A DNA stretch of 64,000 nucleotides, from positions 234,295 to 298,294 of the IMG/VR virus record IMGVR_UViG_3300003310_000099; one strand, given 5' to 3'. Shown piece by piece: positions 57,262 to 64,000 of the stretch (position 1 is its first letter; every line of letters begins with the position of its first letter). Source of the stretch: a virus (lineage: Duplodnaviria; Heunggongvirae; Uroviricota; Caudoviricetes). A program made the position numbers and the translations under genes. Under the pieces are notes generated by a model, which did not search any database, had not been told where the DNA came from, and worked only from the letters and a program-made list of their open reading frames with translations.

Positions 57262-57852
57262 ATGCCAAAAAGTAAAATTCCTGTCAGTACCCTACGCCGT
57301 GGCCTTCCCCAAATCCCTGTCAACGTAACCAATGTTACGTTAAAGGAAACCGAACGTCATGGCGACGTGAATGACCCCGAAAAGGGTAATCGTGCCGATG
57401 TTTATTTCGGCGGCACCATTACCGTCAATGGCAAGGTTCTCCCTTGTGAAGTCCACCTATTTCGAGTGGATAAGGAAGGCTGGAATAAAGGTTCATGGTA
57501 TGTCACCATGAGCGTGAATGAAAATAAGAATTGGAATGAGAACGTATCCACAAGGGATATGTTCGATGCACTGCCCGAACACTGCAAGGAATGCCATAAG
57601 GAAAGCTATGTCGGCAAGGCATTCGCAGAAGCTGTTTTCCCATTGCTCCGCAGCAAGGGGTTTAATCTGGCCCCTGGTGTCGGCTACAGAGGCCAAAACT
57701 GCGATTGGTGGATGATGGACGTTACTTGTGATAAACAAGGTGAACGAATTGCGGGTAGTCGCTCCCGTCGATTCACCTACAAGCAACGTCGCCAAGTGAC
57801 CTGTCCTATTCATGGCGAATTCATTCAAGAGACTGAGGAATCATCGCTGTGA
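57262..57852 (+). CDS. hypothetical protein
   Basis: SD GGAG. Confidence 0.7.
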   Translation: MPKSKIPVSTLRRGLPQIPVNVTNVTLKETERHGDVNDPEKGNRADVYFGGTITVNGKVLPCEVHLFRVDKEGWNKGSWYVTMSVNENKNWNENVSTRDMFDALPEHCKECHKESYVGKAFAEAVFPLLRSKGFNLAPGVGYRGQNCDWWMMDVTCDKQGERIAGSRSRRFTYKQRRQVTCPIHGEFIQETEESSL

Positions 57853-58007
57853 TTAGAATAGAAAAACGATACCCGAATCATCCTGAATCCCCTTATCTGG
57901 TCATTAACCAAAAATCACCAGATAAGGGGCAAATTATCGCAACCATCATCCCTCATACTTTCCTTGAGGATGAAGATAAAATCGCCCTGGACAAGTGGCT
58001 CAAAAAC

Positions 58008-58023
58008 CTTAGCTGTACCGAGT
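58008..58023 (+). promoter_or_regulatory. element copy 27 (ATG at +21)
   Basis: exact core. Confidence 0.85.
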
Positions 58024-58028
58024 AAAAC

Positions 58029-58262
58029 ATGAACGACAACGATTACTTCAATCTGATGCGGAAAGAAACTGCCCAAAAGTTGCTCAGTGAGACTGCCATT
58101 ATTGCAGCCGCACTGGAAGACTTGGCCAATGACCGTAATGTAAGCGAAGCACAACGAACGCTTCGTGACCACATTGATGGTAATTGGCACGCTGTTGTAG
58201 TGGGCAACTGTACATCAGTGGGCCATCTTCTATACGAAGATTGTCCTGAACAGGAGAATTAA
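58029..58262 (+). CDS. hypothetical protein (leaderless)
   Basis: ATG at +21. Confidence 0.65.
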   Translation: MNDNDYFNLMRKETAQKLLSETAIIAAALEDLANDRNVSEAQRTLRDHIDGNWHAVVVGNCTSVGHLLYEDCPEQEN

Positions 58263-58463
58263 ATGGACCTGGATGATATTCCGCAAAACGAGATTGATTT
58301 GCCAATGGGCGTTACGGAAGTTGAGTACGATACAGAAGCTGAAATGAAGGCTTTTATCGACGGGCTTCAGTTCGCTGATGACATTGACGTGAACAATAGC
58401 AATTATTTCGTGCGGAATGGCAAATTCATCGTGCGTGTTGTCGTCGGTGATTGGGACGAATAA
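58263..58463 (+). CDS. acidic small protein
   Basis: SD AGGAG. Confidence 0.65.
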   Translation: MDLDDIPQNEIDLPMGVTEVEYDTEAEMKAFIDGLQFADDIDVNNSNYFVRNGKFIVRVVVGDWDE

Positions 58464-58465
58464 AC

Positions 58466-58481
58466 CTTAGCTGTACCAAGG
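58466..58481 (+). promoter_or_regulatory. element copy 28
   Basis: exact core. Confidence 0.8.
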
Positions 58482-58489
58482 AGAATGTA

Positions 58490-58726
58490 ATGCTTGATGC
58501 AATTATGCTGATGCTACACGGTATGGGGTCAGTTGACAGTGGCGTTGAAACTGTCCTGAATGAAGACACCTACCGAGGTTTCATCAATCTGATTCAGTCA
58601 GTGTATGGCGATCATGCCGCTGACGTTGTTCTGTCTACATTCGTCAAGCGTGACGACGGTTCCTATGCGTGCGTCATGGAATCGACCGACGAAGCCTTTG
58701 AACTCTGTCTACTTGGAAAGGGCTAA
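58490..58726 (+). CDS. hypothetical protein
   Basis: ORF after element. Confidence 0.6.
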   Translation: MLDAIMLMLHGMGSVDSGVETVLNEDTYRGFINLIQSVYGDHAADVVLSTFVKRDDGSYACVMESTDEAFELCLLGKG

Positions 58727-58728
58727 AC

Positions 58729-58995
58729 ATGGATTTGCCGAAGCTGAAAGATTATGGCAATTCGCCTTCGACCCGATTCCTGAATATCGGACCCGTTACG
58801 GTCTGGTTCAGTTATGAAACGCCTATTGCGTTTCGTGTGGACGGTGGACCGCAACGAGTGCTGGACTATAAGGGCAGTCGCACCACTTTCCGCCATCTGA
58901 ATATGATTGATGGCGGCAATAAGGATGCTCGTCTGTCTCAGACTGAATTTCAGAAGCTGTGGGAAAAGGAAGTGGTGCTGAGGGCGAAAGCTTAG
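58729..58995 (+). CDS. hypothetical phage protein
   Basis: WFSYETPIAF..SRTTFRHLN. Confidence 0.7.
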   Translation: MDLPKLKDYGNSPSTRFLNIGPVTVWFSYETPIAFRVDGGPQRVLDYKGSRTTFRHLNMIDGGNKDARLSQTEFQKLWEKEVVLRAKA

Positions 58996-59006
58996 CTGTA
59001 CCAAGT
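58991..59006 (+). promoter_or_regulatory. element copy 29
   Basis: exact core; precedes non-coding cassette. Confidence 0.8.
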
Positions 59007-59011
59007 GATCT

Positions 59012-59149
59012 GAGCGGAACGTTGCTCTCCGCTATATAAGACAGAGCAACTTAGTCGGTGGTAAAGGCTTCGAGCCGTGACACTGGATGACAAAAGCCTC
59101 TGTGGTAATGAATCTGAAATCGCTGGTTTGATCCCAGCCAGAGGCGACA
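59012..59149 (+). ncRNA. candidate ncRNA: 5' pseudoknot + tRNA-like acceptor/T-arm domain
   Basis: AGCGGA/TCCGCT and GTTGCTC/GAGCAAC; GCCTCTG/CAGAGGC with GCTGG-TTTGATC-CCAGC. Confidence 0.65.
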
Positions 59150-59153
59150 AAAG

Positions 59154-59169
59154 CTTAGCTGTACCAAGT
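59154..59169 (+). promoter_or_regulatory. element copy 30
   Basis: exact core. Confidence 0.8.
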
Positions 59170-59206
59170 AGTTTGTTCCGACACTGATAACAAAGGGGAG
59201 AACAAA

Positions 59207-59920
59207 ATGGCAAAGAAGAATGACCGTCCGACGTTTGCAGTTCCTCAAGCAATTCTGCCGTCCGTTGAGCGATTCATCGCTGCAAAGCAAGTCGCTGAAA
59301 TGGCCGAAAGCCGTATGAAGGCCGAGGAAGGCATCGTCAAGGAAACCATGATTGATAGCTTTGCGGAAAGCATCGTCAAGCTGCGTTGCAAGCCCACCAA
59401 TCCGCGTATGACCATCGCCAAGGATGGTAAACCCGATATTGAGTGCTTGTTCCAAGTTCAGTCCAAGTTCTATCCCCAGGCCGCACAAGGGGATGGACCA
59501 GTCAGCGAACGCCTCAAGGCTGCTTTCGTTGCCGCTGGTGTCTCTGACGAAACCGCCGATAAGCTGCTCAAGTTTGAAGTGGCTTGTGAAGATAAAACCA
59601 CTTTGCGACCATTCAGCGAATTGATGAATGGTGCGCCCGTTGAGCAAGAATTGGCTGGTCGGGTTATGAAGCTCTTACTCGAAAACTTCACCGATCAGGA
59701 ACGCGCTTTGATCCTCCAACCAAGTGAGAAGATCGAAGTCAAGGATGGTTTCTTTGAACGCCTTGGTATGTACGTCAAGGATAAGGCGGAAGCCTTGGCT
59801 GCGATTCGGGTTATGAAGCCTGTTAGCTTTATGTCTCACATGAAGCTGGGCCTCAGTGAAACGCCGCAAGGTCGCCTCAACCGCCTCTTTGAGTACGCCA
59901 AGAGCATGATTTGTGGCTAA
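59207..59920 (+). CDS. hypothetical protein
   Basis: SD GGGGAG; followed by terminator. Confidence 0.75.
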   Translation: MAKKNDRPTFAVPQAILPSVERFIAAKQVAEMAESRMKAEEGIVKETMIDSFAESIVKLRCKPTNPRMTIAKDGKPDIECLFQVQSKFYPQAAQGDGPVSERLKAAFVAAGVSDETADKLLKFEVACEDKTTLRPFSELMNGAPVEQELAGRVMKLLLENFTDQERALILQPSEKIEVKDGFFERLGMYVKDKAEALAAIRVMKPVSFMSHMKLGLSETPQGRLNRLFEYAKSMICG

Positions 59921-59923
59921 ATT

Positions 59924-59963
59924 AAAGAGTCCAGAGCGTAAAAACCTCTGGACTCTCTTTCTT
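59924..59963 (+). terminator. intrinsic terminator
   Basis: AGAGTCCAGAG / CTCTGGACTCT followed by T-rich tail. Confidence 0.7.
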
Positions 59964-59976
59964 GCCTGAGTAAACT

Positions 59977-60447
59977 ATGAACCTAAAAGATGAAATCACC
60001 CGTATTGAACAAGAAATGGCCAATATGGTTAATAAAGCCATGAATAGGAGCAATATGAACGAAGATTACGAAGAAAACATCTTTGAAGATGACGACCTCA
60101 CTCCAGATGAGGATGGTTTACTCAATCGTGGCGAAATGACTTTGGCCGAATTTGACGATGCAAATGTCCCCGTTGATATTTGGCTTGAAGAATTGAATAA
60201 AGATAATGCCGATGATGATTTGGCCATCTATAATGCAGGCTATCGCTATTCCCTTCGCTGTGGCAATTATATGCCGCGTAAAGGTAGCGTAAGTGAAGGT
60301 GCCGTCAATGCCTTTGGCAAAGATAAAGAAACAATGCAGAAGGCAATTAACAAATACATTCTGCCTTTGTATCAGACTGCCATTAGCAAAATCACTAAGA
60401 TGGCTGAGACAGGCAACGGCGATCTGTACTATTGGAGCAACGACTAA
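59977..60447 (+). CDS. acidic hypothetical protein
   Basis: ORF; degenerate element tail upstream. Confidence 0.65.
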   Translation: MNLKDEITRIEQEMANMVNKAMNRSNMNEDYEENIFEDDDLTPDEDGLLNRGEMTLAEFDDANVPVDIWLEELNKDNADDDLAIYNAGYRYSLRCGNYMPRKGSVSEGAVNAFGKDKETMQKAINKYILPLYQTAISKITKMAETGNGDLYYWSND

Positions 60448-60450
60448 TAC

Positions 60451-60466
60451 CTTAGCTGTACTGAGT
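60451..60466 (+). promoter_or_regulatory. element copy 31 (ATG at +21)
   Basis: CTTAGCTGTACTGAGT. Confidence 0.85.
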
Positions 60467-60471
60467 AAATC

Positions 60472-60627
60472 ATGAACACCCTCGATAATTGGTTCAAAAA
60501 GATCGAAGAGTATAAGCAAAAAGCAAAGCTGGGTACTCTCACCAAGGAAGAACAAGAAGATTGGGATTTCATGGAGGAAAAGCTTGAAGATTGGCGCTCC
60601 GATTATTACGGCATGGAGAATTACTAA
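60472..60627 (+). CDS. 51-aa protein (leaderless; not in ORF track)
   Basis: TAATG-coupled to next gene. Confidence 0.65.
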   Translation: MNTLDNWFKKIEEYKQKAKLGTLTKEEQEDWDFMEEKLEDWRSDYYGMENY

Positions 60628-60833
60628 TGGACAAAGTTACGGAAGCTATGGGCTATGAAGTTGACCCACAACAAATCGAAAATGCTGTCCATGAGCATCA
60701 AAATGTCAGTACCGCACGCCTCAAACGTGAACTCAAGCGATTGGAAACTGTTTTTAACGCTAAGGGTGGACGTGGCGTAGACTTGGCCGATCAGATTGAC
60801 AACATCCGTATCGCTATCGCAGTAAGGGAGTAA
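60627..60833 (+). CDS. hypothetical protein
   Basis: coupled ORF. Confidence 0.6.
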   Translation: MDKVTEAMGYEVDPQQIENAVHEHQNVSTARLKRELKRLETVFNAKGGRGVDLADQIDNIRIAIAVRE

Positions 60834-60834
60834 A

Positions 60835-61236
60835 ATGTGGTTTCTTTATCACCTTGATAATCAAGGTATAATTTTGGACAAAGTTGACTTGGAACTGCAT
60901 CACGCCGATTGGGTAAATAACAACAATAAGGCTATTTTCCCAAAAATGGGAAAGGGCGATAGCGTAGTAGCTACCCAAAATGATATGCCTGTTGGTGTCT
61001 CTAATTGGGAAACTACCCTCTGTTGCCCAAAGTGCCTAAAGTACCACTACACATATCAGGAGTGTAAAGTGAAGAATATCGCCATTGACCCCATTGAACA
61101 AACTATCAAGTTAGGCGTCATTACGCTTGGCATTATTGCAGTGCTGGCAATCGGCAGTACCGTACTCTTTATCGTTTTGCTGATTAGCCTGTTCTCCATC
61201 CTGTTCGGCGGCATTGTCCTGGCCCTTATACCTTAG
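60835..61236 (+). CDS. membrane-anchored protein
   Basis: C-terminal TM; stop within element. Confidence 0.6.
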   Translation: MWFLYHLDNQGIILDKVDLELHHADWVNNNNKAIFPKMGKGDSVVATQNDMPVGVSNWETTLCCPKCLKYHYTYQECKVKNIAIDPIEQTIKLGVITLGIIAVLAIGSTVLFIVLLISLFSILFGGIVLALIP

Positions 61237-61247
61237 CTGTACCAAGT
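61232..61247 (+). promoter_or_regulatory. element copy 32 (ATG at +21)
   Basis: exact core. Confidence 0.85.
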
Positions 61248-61252
61248 GAACT

Positions 61253-61477
61253 ATGAAACTCAAAGTCAACGATGTTATCCTGGTTCATGGCTTCGTCATG
61301 CTCAGTGGGCTGGAAGATGGACAGAAATACCGTGTCCATTCTACCCCTGATTATTACCAAAACCCAACCTATCAGTTTACCAAAGCAAAAGGTAAAAAGG
61401 TTGTCTGCCGTCACTATGCAAGCAGTGTCGATGCCATGATTCAGGAAAATAACCTTAACCGAATTGAGGTGCTGTAA
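61253..61477 (+). CDS. hypothetical protein (leaderless)
   Basis: ATG at +21. Confidence 0.65.
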   Translation: MKLKVNDVILVHGFVMLSGLEDGQKYRVHSTPDYYQNPTYQFTKAKGKKVVCRHYASSVDAMIQENNLNRIEVL

Positions 61478-61743
61478 TGGACGAAATTTTCTTCACGGTG
61501 GTTGACCCAATCAGCGAAGGTCTGGAAAACCGTATCTATATCGACATTAACAAGGAAGATGGCTTTGCCACCGTTGCAGGCACGTCAATCGACGCTCAAC
61601 AGTTGGCCGAATTGGGCATCCTTTTGTTTGCCATTGCCAACCAGATTGGCAAGCCTGACCTCGATTCGTGCAATGAATTGCTCGATGGCTATAACATTCC
61701 TCTCCCCAAGAATGCACTCATGGAGGTTGCTACTGATGCCTAG
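61477..61743 (+). CDS. hypothetical protein
   Basis: coupled ORF. Confidence 0.6.
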   Translation: MDEIFFTVVDPISEGLENRIYIDINKEDGFATVAGTSIDAQQLAELGILLFAIANQIGKPDLDSCNELLDGYNIPLPKNALMEVATDA

Positions 61744-61963
61744 AATCTATACGTCAGCCAATGACCCCATTGACTTCTGCCGCCGCTGCTTCCCCAAGGA
61801 ATCCACGGCAAATAAACTGTACGCCAACGTAGGTGATGGTCCCGACAAGCGTGGCAATTGCTTCGATTATGACGCCGACCATCCCAATTACGAAGAAACC
61901 GATTACAAATGCTATAGCTGCCGTAAGCTGTTGACCGAAAAGGACAACTATGCTCTGTCCTAA
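61736..61963 (+). CDS. zinc-binding small protein
   Basis: CRRC..CYSC; SD GGAGG. Confidence 0.6.
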   Translation: MPRIYTSANDPIDFCRRCFPKESTANKLYANVGDGPDKRGNCFDYDADHPNYEETDYKCYSCRKLLTEKDNYALS

Positions 61964-62225
61964 TGTTACAACACAACCAGACCGCGATGAAGATGGTAAA
62001 CTTGTCTTCAAAAAGCGGCCCCATAAAATCATGGGCAAAGGTGTCGTCACTTGCACCAAATGTAATACTTCTTGGTGCTGCTGCGAATGCGCAGTCGAAT
62101 GCGATGCACTCGATCATCACTATTTTGATATGATTTATGAACATGAAGGCAAAACACCACCAGTCTACGAAGTGGTGTGCTGCAAGTGTTCGGGTAATAA
62201 ACCATCGTGGACCGACCGCGATTAA
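61950..62225 (+). CDS. Cys-rich small protein
   Basis: multiple CxxC pairs. Confidence 0.6.
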   Translation: MLCPNVTTQPDRDEDGKLVFKKRPHKIMGKGVVTCTKCNTSWCCCECAVECDALDHHYFDMIYEHEGKTPPVYEVVCCKCSGNKPSWTDRD

Positions 62226-62226
62226 C

Positions 62227-62239
62227 CTTAGCTGTACCA
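62227..62239 (+). promoter_or_regulatory. element copy 33 (truncated; ATG at +13)
   Basis: CTTAGCTGTACCA-ATG. Confidence 0.7.
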
Positions 62240-62419
62240 ATGAGAAAAGATCAACCACTGTATCGTCAATACCTGGAAGCTGTTATCAAGTCACTCCTTG
62301 CCGAACGTGAATTAAACGGCAAGGGTGATTTTGATAAGATTGAAGGCATAGATTTTCAAGGCAACTCTGCCTATTATATGCCGTACAACATTAAAGAGGC
62401 TATCAATGAAAGACTTTAA
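62240..62419 (+). CDS. hypothetical protein
   Basis: ORF after element. Confidence 0.55.
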   Translation: MRKDQPLYRQYLEAVIKSLLAERELNGKGDFDKIEGIDFQGNSAYYMPYNIKEAINERL

Positions 62420-62557
62420 TTCGGGCGAACGCTTGGCCCTGGAATGGGTGCAACAGCAGCTGGAAGACCTCCTTGATAAAAAGGATATTACCGATAAGGA
62501 AGTCAAAATCGTCTCGGAACGTATCTGCCGACGAATTGACAAAATCTGGAGCGAACA

Positions 62558-62776
62558 GTGAACGAGTTAATCTTCCAAGATGCAGTCAGTGGCCTCACCG
62601 AATACTATCCATTTTTAATGGATGAGTCACTGGTAGGCGAATTTGAATCCTGTATCAAATACCCCAATTCAGGCAATAACCAACTAGATTACCAAAACGT
62701 CAGGGATCAATTAGAAAAAATCTGCCGTAAATTTGAATATCTTTTGATCTACAAAGAAGTAAAGAGGATGCCGTGA
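62558..62776 (+). CDS. hypothetical protein
   Basis: GTGA-coupled. Confidence 0.55.
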   Translation: MNELIFQDAVSGLTEYYPFLMDESLVGEFESCIKYPNSGNNQLDYQNVRDQLEKICRKFEYLLIYKEVKRMP

Positions 62777-62936
62777 GCGAAAAACAAGAATTCAATGATG
62801 TAGTCGAAGCTATCCAGTTTAGATTGGAACAACTGAATAGCATGGGCTATAAAATGACCGATCAATTCGTTGCCCGATTGATTGCTAAATACTGCGTTGA
62901 CGTGGCACCAATCATCGTCCGAGAAGGAATTAAAGA

Positions 62937-63128
62937 ATGAAAAAAATTCACGCTGGCCTCACAATCCTACTCAAATACGGCGATGGCCATATTTGCGCAG
63001 AACATGACGAAATCTTTGCAGGTAGCGATAAAGCTACCCCCGAAACTATGTCCAAAGAAGATTTAGACGCACTTGAAGAACTCGGCTGGTCCTGGCATGA
63101 TACCGATAGCTGGCACCATTTTGTCTAA
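62937..63128 (+). CDS. small phage protein
   Basis: AEHDEI...LEELGW. Confidence 0.7.
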   Translation: MKKIHAGLTILLKYGDGHICAEHDEIFAGSDKATPETMSKEDLDALEELGWSWHDTDSWHHFV

Positions 63129-63130
63129 AC

Positions 63131-63146
63131 CTTAGCTGTACCAAGT
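63131..63146 (+). promoter_or_regulatory. element copy 34 (ATG at +21)
   Basis: exact core. Confidence 0.85.
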
Positions 63147-63151
63147 AAACC

Positions 63152-63313
63152 ATGAACCACTGCAAAAGCTGCCTCGAACCTGAAACTCAACCCGATGGTG
63201 TCATCGACCTAATCGAAGGTCTTTGTGACTATTGCCGCGAAAAACAAGAATACGGCAAAATCCTCACCCAAGACCTAATCGAATCTGGAGATTTTGACTA
63301 TGAAACTACTTAA
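63152..63313 (+). CDS. 53-aa zinc-binding protein (leaderless; not in ORF track)
   Basis: CKSC..CDYC. Confidence 0.65.
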   Translation: MNHCKSCLEPETQPDGVIDLIEGLCDYCREKQEYGKILTQDLIESGDFDYETT

Positions 63314-63361
63314 TCGCCTTACCCAACTGTCTATGCTGTGGCTGCTCTATTGGAGAAAACG

Positions 63362-63571
63362 ATGAAAAAGTATAAATATAGCATCGAATTTATTACCGAT
63401 GCCCCAATCTCCGAACGCGAACAATGCCTGCTCGCTGAAAAATTACACCAGCTTATCGTTGAAGCTGGTGCCGCAAGCGGCGAAGAAGTCTATGCAATGG
63501 CAGGCTTTGAAAAGCCTGTTGAAGTGACTGAATCAGAATTAACCCAATTCAAATTGGAGGCAGGGTACTAA
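63362..63571 (+). CDS. hypothetical protein
   Basis: SD GGAG. Confidence 0.6.
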   Translation: MKKYKYSIEFITDAPISEREQCLLAEKLHQLIVEAGAASGEEVYAMAGFEKPVEVTESELTQFKLEAGY

Positions 63572-63783
63572 TGCCACAAGTAATCGAAATCCTCGATAAT
63601 GTCATCATCGGTATCCATAAGTGCAAAACCAATGTCCAAGCCATTGACCTCTTCAAATCTATCATCAAGGAAAATATCCACGGCGCAGACCGTTGGCCCG
63701 ATGAAGATTTTAACTCCGTGGTCGGTGAAGGCTATATCATGCTCGATGGTCAAAATGGCTCCATCTGCCTTAATATGGAGTAA
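63571..63783 (+). CDS. hypothetical protein
   Basis: coupled ORF. Confidence 0.6.
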   Translation: MPQVIEILDNVIIGIHKCKTNVQAIDLFKSIIKENIHGADRWPDEDFNSVVGEGYIMLDGQNGSICLNME

Positions 63784-63786
63784 ATC

Positions 63787-64000
63787 ATGACAATGCAAGC
63801 AGTTAAGAAGAAACTGGATGAACTTAATAAGGCTATTAAAGCCTTGGAAACACCCCAGCCAAAGGTTATTAAAATGCCACTGGCCATTATGGGTGTGTTC
63901 CGTGGCGATGTGTGGTATTACCCTCCAAACAAAAAATTTGGTATCGTTTACTACACCGTCAAATCGGTTAATAAGAGGAAGAACCGAGTAGAATTCACCG
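63787..64000 (+). CDS. hypothetical protein (runs off window)
   Basis: open to window end. Confidence 0.55.
   Translation, partial: MTMQAVKKKLDELNKAIKALETPQPKVIKMPLAIMGVFRGDVWYYPPNKKFGIVYYTVKSVNKRKNRVEFT

Noticed and set aside
59044-59090. preQ1-III riboswitch or pistol/HDV-like ribozyme
   Set aside because: Only a short GAGCAACTTAG resemblance from memory; remaining helices and catalytic motifs cannot be placed. Needs cmscan
59096-59149. Functional tRNA or tmRNA
   Set aside because: No D or anticodon arm, no encoded CCA, no G3-U70 pair and no tag ORF
9918-63146. Element as a CRISPR array
   Set aside because: Repeat is only 16 bp, spacing is irregular (163 bp to 5 kb), intervals contain genes, and no cas genes are present
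9918-63146. Element as canonical integron attC or IS ends
   Set aside because: No RYYYAAC/GTTRRRY boxes, no inverted copies, and no integrase or transposase in the window; the fixed distance to ATG fits a promoter better
215-63798. Most minus-strand and nested ORFs in the track
   Set aside because: Shadows of coupled + strand genes with atypical composition; only five minus-strand genes with late promoters were accepted
1-64000. Stop-codon recoding
   Set aside because: TAG, TGA and TAA all end genes followed by coupled starts, and recognised enzymes are full-length in code 11

Overview
Gene-dense 64 kb segment of a large tailed dsDNA phage genome (jumbo or T4-like by inference), covering the accessory/early region. 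It holds about 150 small, mostly + strand, translationally coupled ORFs and no core replication or major capsid genes. Recognisable genes include a polynucleotide kinase/phosphatase invaded by a LAGLIDADG homing endonuclease, a SpoT/Mesh1-type HD hydrolase, PcfJ, two sulfotransferase-like proteins, a radical SAM enzyme, a nucleotidyltransferase, NadD, TIGR02996 proteins (Planctomycetota/Myxococcota host hint), a SWIM finger, HNH, an AAA+ ATPase, PyrD, a 2OG-Fe(II)-like protein, an ArdA-like acidic protein, a glycosyltransferase, an S3-like KH protein, a cyclic-phosphate receiver and SprT. The main unexplained structure is a 16-bp element, CTTAGCTGTACYRAGT. I counted 34 copies by eye, all on the + strand and almost all at gene junctions. 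In 16 copies an SD-less ATG lies exactly 21 nt after the first C, and 33 of 34 have a purine at that offset. This points to a phage-specific single-block promoter making leaderless mRNAs and dividing the region into cassettes. A second, T4-late-like (A/C)TAWATA element sits 4-6 nt before the ATG of interspersed late genes, several with FxEW/YL capsid-targeting-like motifs. Four candidate structured ncRNAs are also present. All family calls come from motif recognition; no searches were run.
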